A program made the position numbers and the translations under genes. DNA of 63,960 nucleotides, filler included, from Asterionella formosa (Eukaryota): the NCBI GenBank assembly GCA_002256025.1. It is 4 parts of 4 records of this genome, joined end to end, with 100 filler letters (N's around TTAATTAATTAA, not from the genome) between each part and the next. Parts side by side here need not be neighbours in the genome. Positions count along the whole stretch, not along the records: positions 1 to 20,831 come from NKIB01003233.1; positions 20,932 to 41,732 come from NKIB01003241.1; 2 more parts are not named here. The stretch is one strand, 5' to 3'. Under the pieces are notes generated by a model. That model saw only the letters and a program-made list of their open reading frames with translations. It did not search any database and had not been told where the DNA came from. The stretch's first letter is position 1. Each line of letters starts with the position of its first letter. Below are positions 13,302 to 22,773 of the stretch, one piece after another.

Positions 13302-14123
13302 ATGAAGGCCGTGATCCAATGTAAATCTATGAACTCTATCAAAAGAGAAGCTGCTTCTCACAAAAAAAGCAATGGATCAATCAATGATGAACTTGCTGCT
13401 GATTCGTTACTCGAAGTACTGTACTCCCAAAGGGACGACCCGATGCAGGGCTCCAGACCATCATTTGACGACTTTGGTTACGAACTACTGCCATGTGATA
13501 CCTCACTGAATAATAGCCTTGGATATGATCAAAATCAAAAGGAAGTCCGAAAGAAGAAAACCAAGAAGCCAAGCAAGGGAAGAAAAAATACAAAGAAGCA
13601 CGAACAAATGAATTCATCCCAAAGTGTTGAAGAGCCAGCTTCATCAAGTCTTCCTATCACAACGGTAGAAAGCCTCAACTACTTTGGACATAACAAAACT
13701 GCAAAGGAGCCACAAAATATTAAAAGCAAGAAGCGAAGTAAGGTAAGCACCACTACCAAGAAACATGAGCATAAGAAATTGTCCAAAAGCATTGAAGTGC
13801 AAACTCCAAATGAAGACAACATACCAATAAAGGTAAAAGCTAGCTCGCAAAAGCCGCATCATGAAACGGTGCTTCGTGTTGATCATAGAGTCGCAATTTC
13901 TCATCTAATCGGGGAAATGAGAATGCAATGTGAGCAAGCAGAACGAAATCTTTTGGTTGCAATTCGCCTCCAACGCCAGCTCAAAGCCGTTGATGCCATT
14001 CTTGCCCATGAAGACTTGAAGGATCGACATTCATTCGCTTACTGTAAGGATACCATTGATGAAACGATGAGCTTGTTGTCGCAATTGCAGGCTTCTCAAC
14101 GAAGTGATTCCCAACCATCATGA
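13302..14123 (+). CDS. Hypothetical protein, Lys-rich middle and helical C-terminus
   Basis: 273-aa ATG-initiated ORF in otherwise AT-rich DNA. No family recognised. Confidence 0.55.
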   Translation: MKAVIQCKSMNSIKREAASHKKSNGSINDELAADSLLEVLYSQRDDPMQGSRPSFDDFGYELLPCDTSLNNSLGYDQNQKEVRKKKTKKPSKGRKNTKKHEQMNSSQSVEEPASSSLPITTVESLNYFGHNKTAKEPQNIKSKKRSKVSTTTKKHEHKKLSKSIEVQTPNEDNIPIKVKASSQKPHHETVLRVDHRVAISHLIGEMRMQCEQAERNLLVAIRLQRQLKAVDAILAHEDLKDRHSFAYCKDTIDETMSLLSQLQASQRSDSQPS

Positions 14124-14382
14124 TGGTCCAAAGCGACTTGATTGGTTATGTCTACGCTGTCTCAACATGTGTGTGCGTGATCCTTATGATTAAATCAATA
14201 GAATATTTATTGGTCGAAGAGACATTCTCAACGTAATGCTATTAGAAACAACGAACAATCATCTAGACTGAAGGAGGCATAACATTTAGGGGTTATTTCC
14301 AGGGTCATGGCGCATCCATCTTTAGTATGAGACTGGCCTTTAAGATATTCGACTCCCATAAAACTAGCTCTAGGATATTCGA

Positions 14383-15297
14383 CTACCATAATCGCTCTGT
14401 TCCTTCCATGTGCTTGATGGATGATCGTATTCCGTGAAGCGCCACCTCCATTCGGTCATTGGCTGTCTTTGCCATTAGAAGGGCGGGTCTAATTTCCAAG
14501 GCAACACCCATTCCTGGCAATGGATTGATCAAAGCTCCAACCCAAAATGCAAGCTCACTCGGATTCGTACTATGCGGTATTTCTCCCAAATCTCTTAGCA
14601 GCTGGTCTATCTGTCCTGGCTGTCTCTCATTTTGCCTAGCTAGTTCGACCCATCTGTCGACTAGAGTAGTCTCTCCTCGCTTCAATTCTCTTCCTTTCAT
14701 AATTGCATGTGCTAAAAGTATTGGATCTAAGCCCGCCTCCTCCTCCTGCTCTTGCTGCTTTGAATCCAGGAACTTTACACGAGCTTCCGTCCATCCTTCG
14801 TCCGCCGTGGACAATTCCCCCGCCAATTGGAACCGTCTCCCTCCCCGCAACTGCACCTGGACTGTATTCATTTCCGTCCGATTCGGCTTCCCCAGCACCT
14901 GTACTTCCACCCCGTGCTTCATATACACGGTTTGTCCTGTCGATGTACGTGCCATGCCCAACATTCCAAAGGTCGACCCATCGGTGGTTGGTAAAATCGT
15001 GGTGTAAAGGAGTTGGGCAAAGACTGGGTCGTCAGATTCGAGGCTCAAGACTTGACGAGGTAGCATTGAGTCGATGACAACAATAGGAAGTTTGGTAGCT
15101 CGATCGTTGATTTGTGTCATTCTGGAGCGGAGAGATGCCATCAAGGAGTCGTCGTCGTTGTTGTCACTGCTACTTTTGACAGCAATCGAGAGACGGCGGC
15201 TTGTCGTGGCATGCTGTTGCGGTGCCCATCCGTAACAAAGTCCCATAAGGAGGACCAATAGCATGGTGGTTGTTGCTGCCACGATGGTGACTCTCAT
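14383..15297 (-). CDS. LON substrate-binding-like domain protein, predicted plastid-targeted, paralogue 2
   Basis: ATG at 15297 and signal ending CYG-WAP. Colinear with and highly similar to the 8319-9242 protein (both end HGIRSSIKHMEGTExLW). Confidence 0.78.
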   Translation of the reverse strand: MRVTIVAATTTMLLVLLMGLCYGWAPQQHATTSRRLSIAVKSSSDNNDDDSLMASLRSRMTQINDRATKLPIVVIDSMLPRQVLSLESDDPVFAQLLYTTILPTTDGSTFGMLGMARTSTGQTVYMKHGVEVQVLGKPNRTEMNTVQVQLRGGRRFQLAGELSTADEGWTEARVKFLDSKQQEQEEEAGLDPILLAHAIMKGRELKRGETTLVDRWVELARQNERQPGQIDQLLRDLGEIPHSTNPSELAFWVGALINPLPGMGVALEIRPALLMAKTANDRMEVALHGIRSSIKHMEGTERLW

Positions 15298-16046
15298 GGT
15301 ATCCAAGTTGAGGACCAAATATACTCTATTATTACCTACTACCTTGGCACTTTCGTTATTATCTAAATGGATGTCTCTGCTGGCTGGTGTGTCGAATGAT
15401 GTTGAAATGTGCCACCTGGTACTACATGCATGTCTGCTTTGTATTCCAAGTGTACACCGAGTACCGGTATGTCATTAGAAACACGGCGAAGTAATACACC
15501 GTAGTAGTGTTTGTTCAAGATGAAGAACGTGTGAGACGATGGTTTCAAGTTTCGACCTGGCTGGTGGTACCTGGTACCACCAGTACCTTGCTCCTTGTGT
15601 CTGTCTTGATCCTTATCATCAGCAATACTATGTAGTGCATGATGGTCATCATATGTACTGCTGTACATACGACATTGGAAAGGAATCTCCATGTTTCTTA
15701 CATGCATGGTCTGTCGTTACTACGATATTTAATTATACTATGTACGGGCGGAATGTCCATACGTAGTAAAGGAATTCAAACATAATCATGAAAACATTCC
15801 CTGTTCCAGTAGTTGGGTAAAAAGTCGGGACAATCATCCTAAGTAACTACCGGTACTACTGTACAGGTACATGTATGTAGGAAACATACACGTTGCTTGG
15901 GATCGAGGAGCATGCATGCAGGTGGTTGTCGTTTGGTATATCATTTCACTCAAGGCCAGCAGCACACAAACACATTAGTTCAGCCACCATTACAAGTTAA
16001 ACAACTCATCGGGAGACGATAACGAACGAGGACGACGATCAACAAA

Positions 16047-16562
16047 ATGTCCGTATCGTCTACATCATCCGCTGCTACTACTACAAAAGACCCCATCACG
16101 GGTCGCTACATTTTTTCATACGCAAATCAAGTCGTATATGAATGGGAACAATCCTTGGACGAAGTTACCATGTACATTCAAGCGCCACCAAATGTGCGTG
16201 CTTCAGATTTTAATGTTACTATACAATCCAAACGACTTGCAATTGGATTGAAAGGCAACGATCGGCGATATATTGATGAACCGACCTTTTCGATTGTCGA
16301 TACGACAGAAAGTAGTTGGTATTTGGACGACGACGGAATCATCACTATTGTTTTGATCAAGGCGCATCGAGGTGAAACGTGGGAGTCCGCCTTGCGAGGC
16401 AAGGAAGTGGCAGTCAATGCAGCCCTCAAGGAAGAAATCAAAAAGGATATGCTATTGGAACGATTTCAAGAAGAACATCCGGGCATGGATTTTCGTGGGG
16501 CTCAAGTCAACGGGTCGGTGCCAGATCCAAGAACATTTATGGGTGGAGTTGGATCTGGGTAA
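16047..16562 (+). CDS. NudC/CS (p23-like) domain protein, NUDCD2-like
   Basis: CS domain YEWEQSLDEV...ESSWYLDD, followed by the C-terminal LLERFQEEHPGMDFRGA motif of the NudC family. Confidence 0.88.
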   Translation: MSVSSTSSAATTTKDPITGRYIFSYANQVVYEWEQSLDEVTMYIQAPPNVRASDFNVTIQSKRLAIGLKGNDRRYIDEPTFSIVDTTESSWYLDDDGIITIVLIKAHRGETWESALRGKEVAVNAALKEEIKKDMLLERFQEEHPGMDFRGAQVNGSVPDPRTFMGGVGSG

Positions 16563-18028
16563 TAATGAAAAATATTTAGCACCGATGCCCCCAAAAAGAA
16601 TGTTTTCAAAGTGCCTAAGTTAATGAATTTCAAGGTCGTGAACCATATTGCAGATTAGACCACATTTCATGTACTCATTTTTCAATGCATATCAGGAAAG
16701 CTGGCAATACCCAGCAGCATTACTCTTCCTAACAATCACAACCTTTCCCTTGACCATTTCAATAAGGATCCCAAATCACAGAGAAATTTTGGGTTGTGAA
16801 AACTTCTGAATTGTAATTATCATACTATGTACAGAGATATTTGTAGTCTATCAATTACAACACGCTCATTATATTGCCTACTTGCTACTCCACCTGGTTG
16901 ACTACTGGTAGACTGTTGTGTTACTTGACAATTCAATCCATCCAGTGTGTGTCAAGCAGCAGGCTGAGTTGCACAACTATTCAGACAAAGTAGGTTAATG
17001 AATAAGAGGATGTACCTGATGCATGAGGGTACTTCGAAATGTGTATGTCGAAATCAAGCAACATATCCCAAAATATTATGAATGTCTCAAATTTTACTAT
17101 TTGCCATGTTTGCATTTTACTCCTCTCAATGATCATTGTTCTGTGACCCAAGTCTGGGAAATCCTCAACATGCTGGTGTCCAAAAATTTCTTTACTTTAC
17201 CACCATGTTAAAGTGAGCTCATCTACTGGTACAGAGTTATGACTCTCAGTCAAATGAGTCGACTTTGATGTACCAAGCTCTCTTCCATCACTCATTATTA
17301 CTCTGAATGTCACGAGCCAGACAATAAGCTATTCGGAAGAGTGATAGTTTGAATTGAATGATCAATGGTTATAAACCTATGATCAGTTAGGATGAGATAG
17401 ACATGAGTCTATCAATGAATGTATGTTCCTGTAAATACAAACAGCATTTGGAGATATAGATCATTTGATTATTCAAACTGAACAAACTAGTTTTAGTAAC
17501 TCACAATAAGAATATAGAAACAAAAGAGAAACAAACGTCTCTATCTATAGCTTTCTTTGACTATTGCTAGATCTATCTAAAAGTTTATACTGATACTTCA
17601 ACACCATCATGCATCAACTAGCATGTAACACAAGGTACTGGTACTTTCTAAGTTGTCTGTCGCTATTGATTTTGGTTCCCATTGGTGTCTGCGTTCCCTG
17701 CATCCTGGTACCAGGTACCTGGTTGTGCACCATTCTTCCTCGGCCTTACCATCAACCATCATGCGCGTCAAAAACAAGCTCTGATCCAGGGACTATTGTC
17801 TAGTAGGCAATTTACCACTGATAGACTAGACTATTGACGTCATAATATATGATAGACACACTTATTTTAATATATTCTTTCGTCCAGCCGTAGTATCAAA
17901 ATAATATATTTGTGATATTACGGTATGTATGATACGAATACTGTGGGGGTGTTGTGTTGCTGAAGACTCACATTTTGAAAAGACATTTGCCCTTTCGTTG
18001 TCGGTGTTAATACCCGCCGAATACAGCC

Positions 18029-19039
18029 ATGTCATCCAAACACTCTTCGGCGTCTCCCTTCACTCCTCTCCCTGCTTTTGGAGAGCACAAACGCGCTGTC
18101 AGCGCTGTTCAATGGTGTCCTTCCAAGCTGTCCGAGCATCCGCTTTGCGCCTCAGTTTCTGCAGATGGCAGCGCGAAACTCTGGAAGCCAATTAACGAAT
18201 CTGGGCTGATACAGCCCTCCCTGACCATGTCAGGGCATACTCGTGGAATTAACGATCTTGCATGGTCCAAAACCTCGCCGTATTTGGCAACCGCATCCGA
18301 TGACAAGACTCTGCGGTTGTGGGATTGTCACACTGGCGATGCTGTGGTGGATTTTAGAGGGCATTCCAATTTTTGCTTTTCCGTCCAGTTCAACGCTAGC
18401 GGCAATTTACTGGTGAGCGGTAGCTTTGATGAGACAGTCAAACTGTGGGATGTTCGAAGTGGAGATTGTATTTCAACCATCCCGGCACACTCGGATCCAG
18501 TCACTGGGGTCGATTTCAATCGAGACGGAACTTGCATCGTGTCGGGCAGTCATGACGGGTTGATTCGAATTTGGGACACGGCAACTGGGGAATGTTTAAA
18601 GACTATTTACGCTAATAATAACCCTCCAGTCTCGTTTGTGAAATACAGTCCGAACGGAAAGTTCATTTTGAGCGGCACTCTGGATGGGAAGTTACGACTC
18701 TGGAATACATCCAACAGCAAATGTGTCAAGACGTATTCTGGACACTCAAACAGCAAATACTGTTTGGCAACCTCGTTCATGACGTCGTTTCGGCAACATC
18801 CCTTGATCGTTACTTCGTCAGAGGATGGCAAGTTGTGGTGCTACGACTTGAATACGAAAGAGTGCATCCAAAAGGTGGACGCACATAGTGATGTAATCCT
18901 GGGGGTTGATTGCCATGACTCTCTTCCGTTAATTGCTACAGGAGGCATGACGAACGACAGAACTGTGCGTTTTTTTGGGATAGGAACGAGCGATGGGGAG
19001 AGCAATACAAAGAAGCAAAAGGTGAAAGCTGAAAGCTAA
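18029..19039 (+). CDS. WDR5: WD40-repeat protein WDR5 (COMPASS/H3K4 methyltransferase subunit)
   Basis: WD40 repeats with WDR5-type segments: GHSNFCFSVQFN, SGSFDETVKLWDV, PAHSDPVTGVDFNRDG, PPVSFVKYSPNGKFIL, GHSNSKYC. Confidence 0.9.
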   Translation: MSSKHSSASPFTPLPAFGEHKRAVSAVQWCPSKLSEHPLCASVSADGSAKLWKPINESGLIQPSLTMSGHTRGINDLAWSKTSPYLATASDDKTLRLWDCHTGDAVVDFRGHSNFCFSVQFNASGNLLVSGSFDETVKLWDVRSGDCISTIPAHSDPVTGVDFNRDGTCIVSGSHDGLIRIWDTATGECLKTIYANNNPPVSFVKYSPNGKFILSGTLDGKLRLWNTSNSKCVKTYSGHSNSKYCLATSFMTSFRQHPLIVTSSEDGKLWCYDLNTKECIQKVDAHSDVILGVDCHDSLPLIATGGMTNDRTVRFFGIGTSDGESNTKKQKVKAES

Positions 19040-19267
19040 ATGCTAAAGGCTTTAGCGTGACCAAGGACAGTTTATTGGCAAGGTGTAGTAGCTGCAAACC
19101 TAAACAGTGCAGTGCCAAAAATCACGCACTCTATGCATTAAGAGTTGTTCTCAAGTCCCGAATCAAACTGGAGTCATCTTTGGCGACCACAGTACCTGGT
19201 ACCTGTACATAGGAATAGTATATTCATGATAATCTACACAATTACCTAATAATATACCGTTATTAGA

Positions 19268-19340
19268 AGGGAATGGCTTAGTGGCTTAGCACGTTTCCTT
19301 TGATCTGAGGTCGCGAGGTTTGATTCCTGTAATTTTTTGA
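19268..19340 (+). mobile_element. tRNA-derived SINE-like head, copy C (degenerate)
   Basis: GGGAATGGCTTAGTGGCTTAGCACG is nearly identical to the copy A head. Degenerate B box GTTTGATTCC. Confidence 0.55.
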
Positions 19341-19874
19341 GAGGCAATTGTGTTAGATTCGACTCCCACACTCCTTACCATCTTGCATGGTCTTTTCTGG
19401 TGTGCAAGAAAAAGTGGGTTGCCCCCCTACAAGCAGCTTGTGCCGCCTTCCTAGGTGGTAAGAGTTTCCCCTAACACTGCAGCTAAGACAATCACCTTTG
19501 TGAAAGGTGGTTGGGGACTCACCTAGACTAACAAAACTACGGAAGCACAGGTCTTGTTGTCAGGCAGCACAATGAAAAACTTGCCTATAGAAATAGGGGC
19601 TATAGAAATAGGGGAGTACCAATGGGCTATAAATAAAACATACGATCCTTTATACCGGTGTTACATCAAGTGTTCAGAAAAAAATATGTACACAACTACA
19701 GTAATTTTGCTGAATTACCGGTTAAGGGGTTCATGAAATGATGTACCAGTAGATATAGAATTGTTGAACTCCGTACATAGTTGCGATTAAAATAAACGCT
19801 ACAGTCCACAAAAACTGCATACTCGTAGCAGAATGTGTTTTCAAGACTGTAACGTCGAAATGTTTTACAAAAAA

Positions 19875-19948
19875 TACAAACGTCGAGAATCGAACTCGAG
19901 ACCTACTGCGTGTGAAGCAGTCGTCATAACCAACTAGACCACGTCTGC
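19875..19948 (-). tRNA. tRNA-Val(CAC)
   Basis: Cloverleaf with acceptor GCAGACG/CGTTTGT, anticodon arm ACTGC-TTCACAC-GCAGT and T loop TTCGATT. An oligo-T terminator follows. Confidence 0.92.
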
Positions 19949-20831
19949 GGGATAAAAATTGATGAAATGCTTTATTTTTCAACTCTGAAAAGACTTTCGC
20001 AATCCTTTTTCAAATCATGAGGCCGTTGCTAACGGTGGACCAAAACCCAAACCAAACAGTGTTTTGGTTTCGGTAACCCTAAAAAACGATGCTAACGGGA
20101 GTGAAAAACCCAACGCAAACGCATTACGTTCAGGGGATTCCGTGCCCATATCCCAATAAGTTACCCAAACGCATTACGTTTAGGTTTTTTTTTCCCAAAG
20201 TTACCTAAACGTAGGATTCCATATTGACTACTTTGAATGTAGTCACTAGAAACCCAATTATTATCATCGTAGAATCAGTAGATATAGGACGCATCATTTA
20301 CCAGTATATCATACATAGATAGCTAGACGGTACTCTGGTACCTGGTACCAGGGGACCACACTGTCAAGAACAACAACAACAAATCATCTCGGATTTCACC
20401 ACAATCAACATGTCATCATCAAACCCACATTTCACCAACATGGCACACATATGTACCATATCAACGATATTGTGGAACTTGTCCAACCAACTCGCCAAGA
20501 TCATCTACTCCAAGGCAAGTGCCCTATGTTCCATGGTTTTACTCCATCTGCCTGGCGTACCAAGGTTTGATATTCAATTGCTACTTTTTATATAGAAACT
20601 TCCTTTATTTAAACTCCTTCAATTTGCAATTCGTACTTGTAACTGTATCGGGCGTCATCACTTATCAAAAAGCCAACTCGATCCACCAGATAATCAATTT
20701 GCTTGTCATCACAGTCCGCAGGTCCAGTCCAGCCGCTTGTACCTGTCGTCGCTCGCTTCTTGGAATGCAACAGCTCCACGTCATATGACTCAATCCAGAC
20801 TTCAAACACATTATCTTCCTCTCTTGCATGA

Positions 20832-20931
20832 NNNNNNNNNNNNNNNNNNNNNNNNNNNNNNNNNNNNNNNNNNNNTTAATTAATTAANNNNNNNNNNNNN
20901 NNNNNNNNNNNNNNNNNNNNNNNNNNNNNNN
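20832..20931. other. Assembly gap with artificial TTAATTAATTAA spacer
   Basis: 100-nt N run with a central six-frame stop linker. The gaps at 41733-41832 and 43113-43212 have the same layout. Confidence 0.95.
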
Positions 20932-21256
20932 ACCACAACCGGTATTGTCGCAAAGAATAGCTTTGTGCACTGTACTGGAGTAGTAGTAAACTACTAGTGC
21001 TAGCTTCCACTACGGGTTTAACTGGGAGTTTAATTTTTTACGACTACGTTCCCGGTATACTACTTTCAGTCTACACATAGAAGACATAGAGCTTAGTAAC
21101 TACTGGTAACTGGTACCAGGGTACCAGGTACCATACTGCCGGTATGTACCTGGTAGCGGTATGTCCAGTAAAATACCATGGGAGAAGGGGATTCATGATG
21201 CTTGCCCGTCATTCTTGCATGGCCGAAGAAGATTGGCACTGTATAATTCGATCACA

Positions 21257-22291
21257 ATGGAACCTAACTACAACACGAAAAACGATCGAGTGAGACTGAA
21301 ATGCATTGTCTTAGGGGCAGCGGGAGCCGGGAAGACATCCATACTTAGGCGATACTTTTCCGGCACCTTTCAGGAACGACGAGTGCCCACGCTAGGATCA
21401 GATTTCTACACGGGACGCGTAAGGAATCCCCTCTGCCAAGGATTGGAAGAAAAGAAAGACGAGAGTTGGGTGGAGAAGATATCGTCGCGAGAATTTGTCA
21501 GCTTGCAAATGTGGGATACCGCCGGCCGAGAGCGAAAGGCGAAATTCACGGCCGCTCTGAGCGACTCGTTTTTCAGACACGCTGACGCTGCTATGCTGGT
21601 TTACGATGCAACATCGAGCACTTCCTTTACACAACTCCTTCGATGGTACACTGACTTGATGGAACGAATGAGAAAACTGGACGGGGAAATGAGACAGCGG
21701 CCCTTCCCAGTTTTAATTGTTGCAAACAAGATGGATATCATTGAAAAGACCACGTACCAACCTAACAAACAAATGACGATTGTACCGCAACGGAGTGTTC
21801 TGGGCGTCAAAGAAGGATTCACAGGGAAAGATAGTCGTTATGAATACCGCGCCAGTGTTCCTTTGAAGCCGAAGGGAAAAGGCGAGCGAGAGGAAATATC
21901 AACCTATATGGCAACTGGTGATACTCCATGGACAACCGATGGATCGTATCTTGACTCCGTTTTAAATACTGAAGATAGGTCTCATCCAGACATGGAAATG
22001 GTTAGGCTCTGGTGCATCAGAAACGGCCTTAAAATTGTGGAAGTATCAGCATTGAATGGTTCTGGTATTGACGCCGCTATAGTGGCGTTGGTAGAGCTTG
22101 CCCTTGTATCGTACAACGAGCGAACGATGGAAAGCCAACAGCATGACAAGCCACAATTTTTACTCAAGGGTCCTTCTCACTTTCCAAGTTTTCGAAGGAA
22201 TGACGAGCTTGATCTACTGAAACGCTATTCACCTGAGGAAACAAGGTGGTGCTTCGGTCGTCTCCGTCCTTTCCATTGCTGCAAACGATGA
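21257..22291 (+). CDS. Atypical Rab-family small GTPase with large insertion
   Basis: G1 GAAGAGKTS, G2 PTLGSDF, G3 WDTAGRE, G4 NKMD, G5 EVSAL. C-terminal CCKR fits a prenylation motif. ATG 21257 is preferred over 21161, which overlaps the upstream motif array. Confidence 0.85.
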   Translation: MEPNYNTKNDRVRLKCIVLGAAGAGKTSILRRYFSGTFQERRVPTLGSDFYTGRVRNPLCQGLEEKKDESWVEKISSREFVSLQMWDTAGRERKAKFTAALSDSFFRHADAAMLVYDATSSTSFTQLLRWYTDLMERMRKLDGEMRQRPFPVLIVANKMDIIEKTTYQPNKQMTIVPQRSVLGVKEGFTGKDSRYEYRASVPLKPKGKGEREEISTYMATGDTPWTTDGSYLDSVLNTEDRSHPDMEMVRLWCIRNGLKIVEVSALNGSGIDAAIVALVELALVSYNERTMESQQHDKPQFLLKGPSHFPSFRRNDELDLLKRYSPEETRWCFGRLRPFHCCKR

Positions 22292-22773
22292 AAATTTCAT
22301 GACCTTGAACATGAAAGGATGACAGCGAAATAGTGATCTCTTGACACCGATGTATTTTAAATACCCTTCTTGTATGTATTGGTCACTTGCCTCGAGATCC
22401 CCTCCGACAATTATGAACAAGCTCTTTTCGAAATACTATTCCATGCAGTTCAGTTTGGTGTTCCCACCTTTAAGATGCGAATATCGTCCCTGAATTCTAC
22501 TCCTTGATGGCTATCAAAAAGTCGATTTTCCTCAACACACAATCATTCTGGGGTTCCTGGACATGTTTTGTAGCGACGTTATATATGCACGACTAATTGG
22601 TGAAGGCCGGCTTTTTCTTGGAACTAGGACATGGTCAAGAATTATTCTGATAACATTTTCACGAATAGACTTAAACCCACATCAAACATAATTTAACCCC
22701 ACATCAAACAACTAAACTCTTTCTCCAATAATTTTGGAGAGATTTCAAATCTGTCAAAATTAGCATGATGCAT

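Noticed and set aside
14459..15007. Long antisense ORFs (also 22946-23512, 23780-24481, 48625-49227)
   Set aside because: They are shadows of real genes on the opposite strand and have no recognisable motifs.
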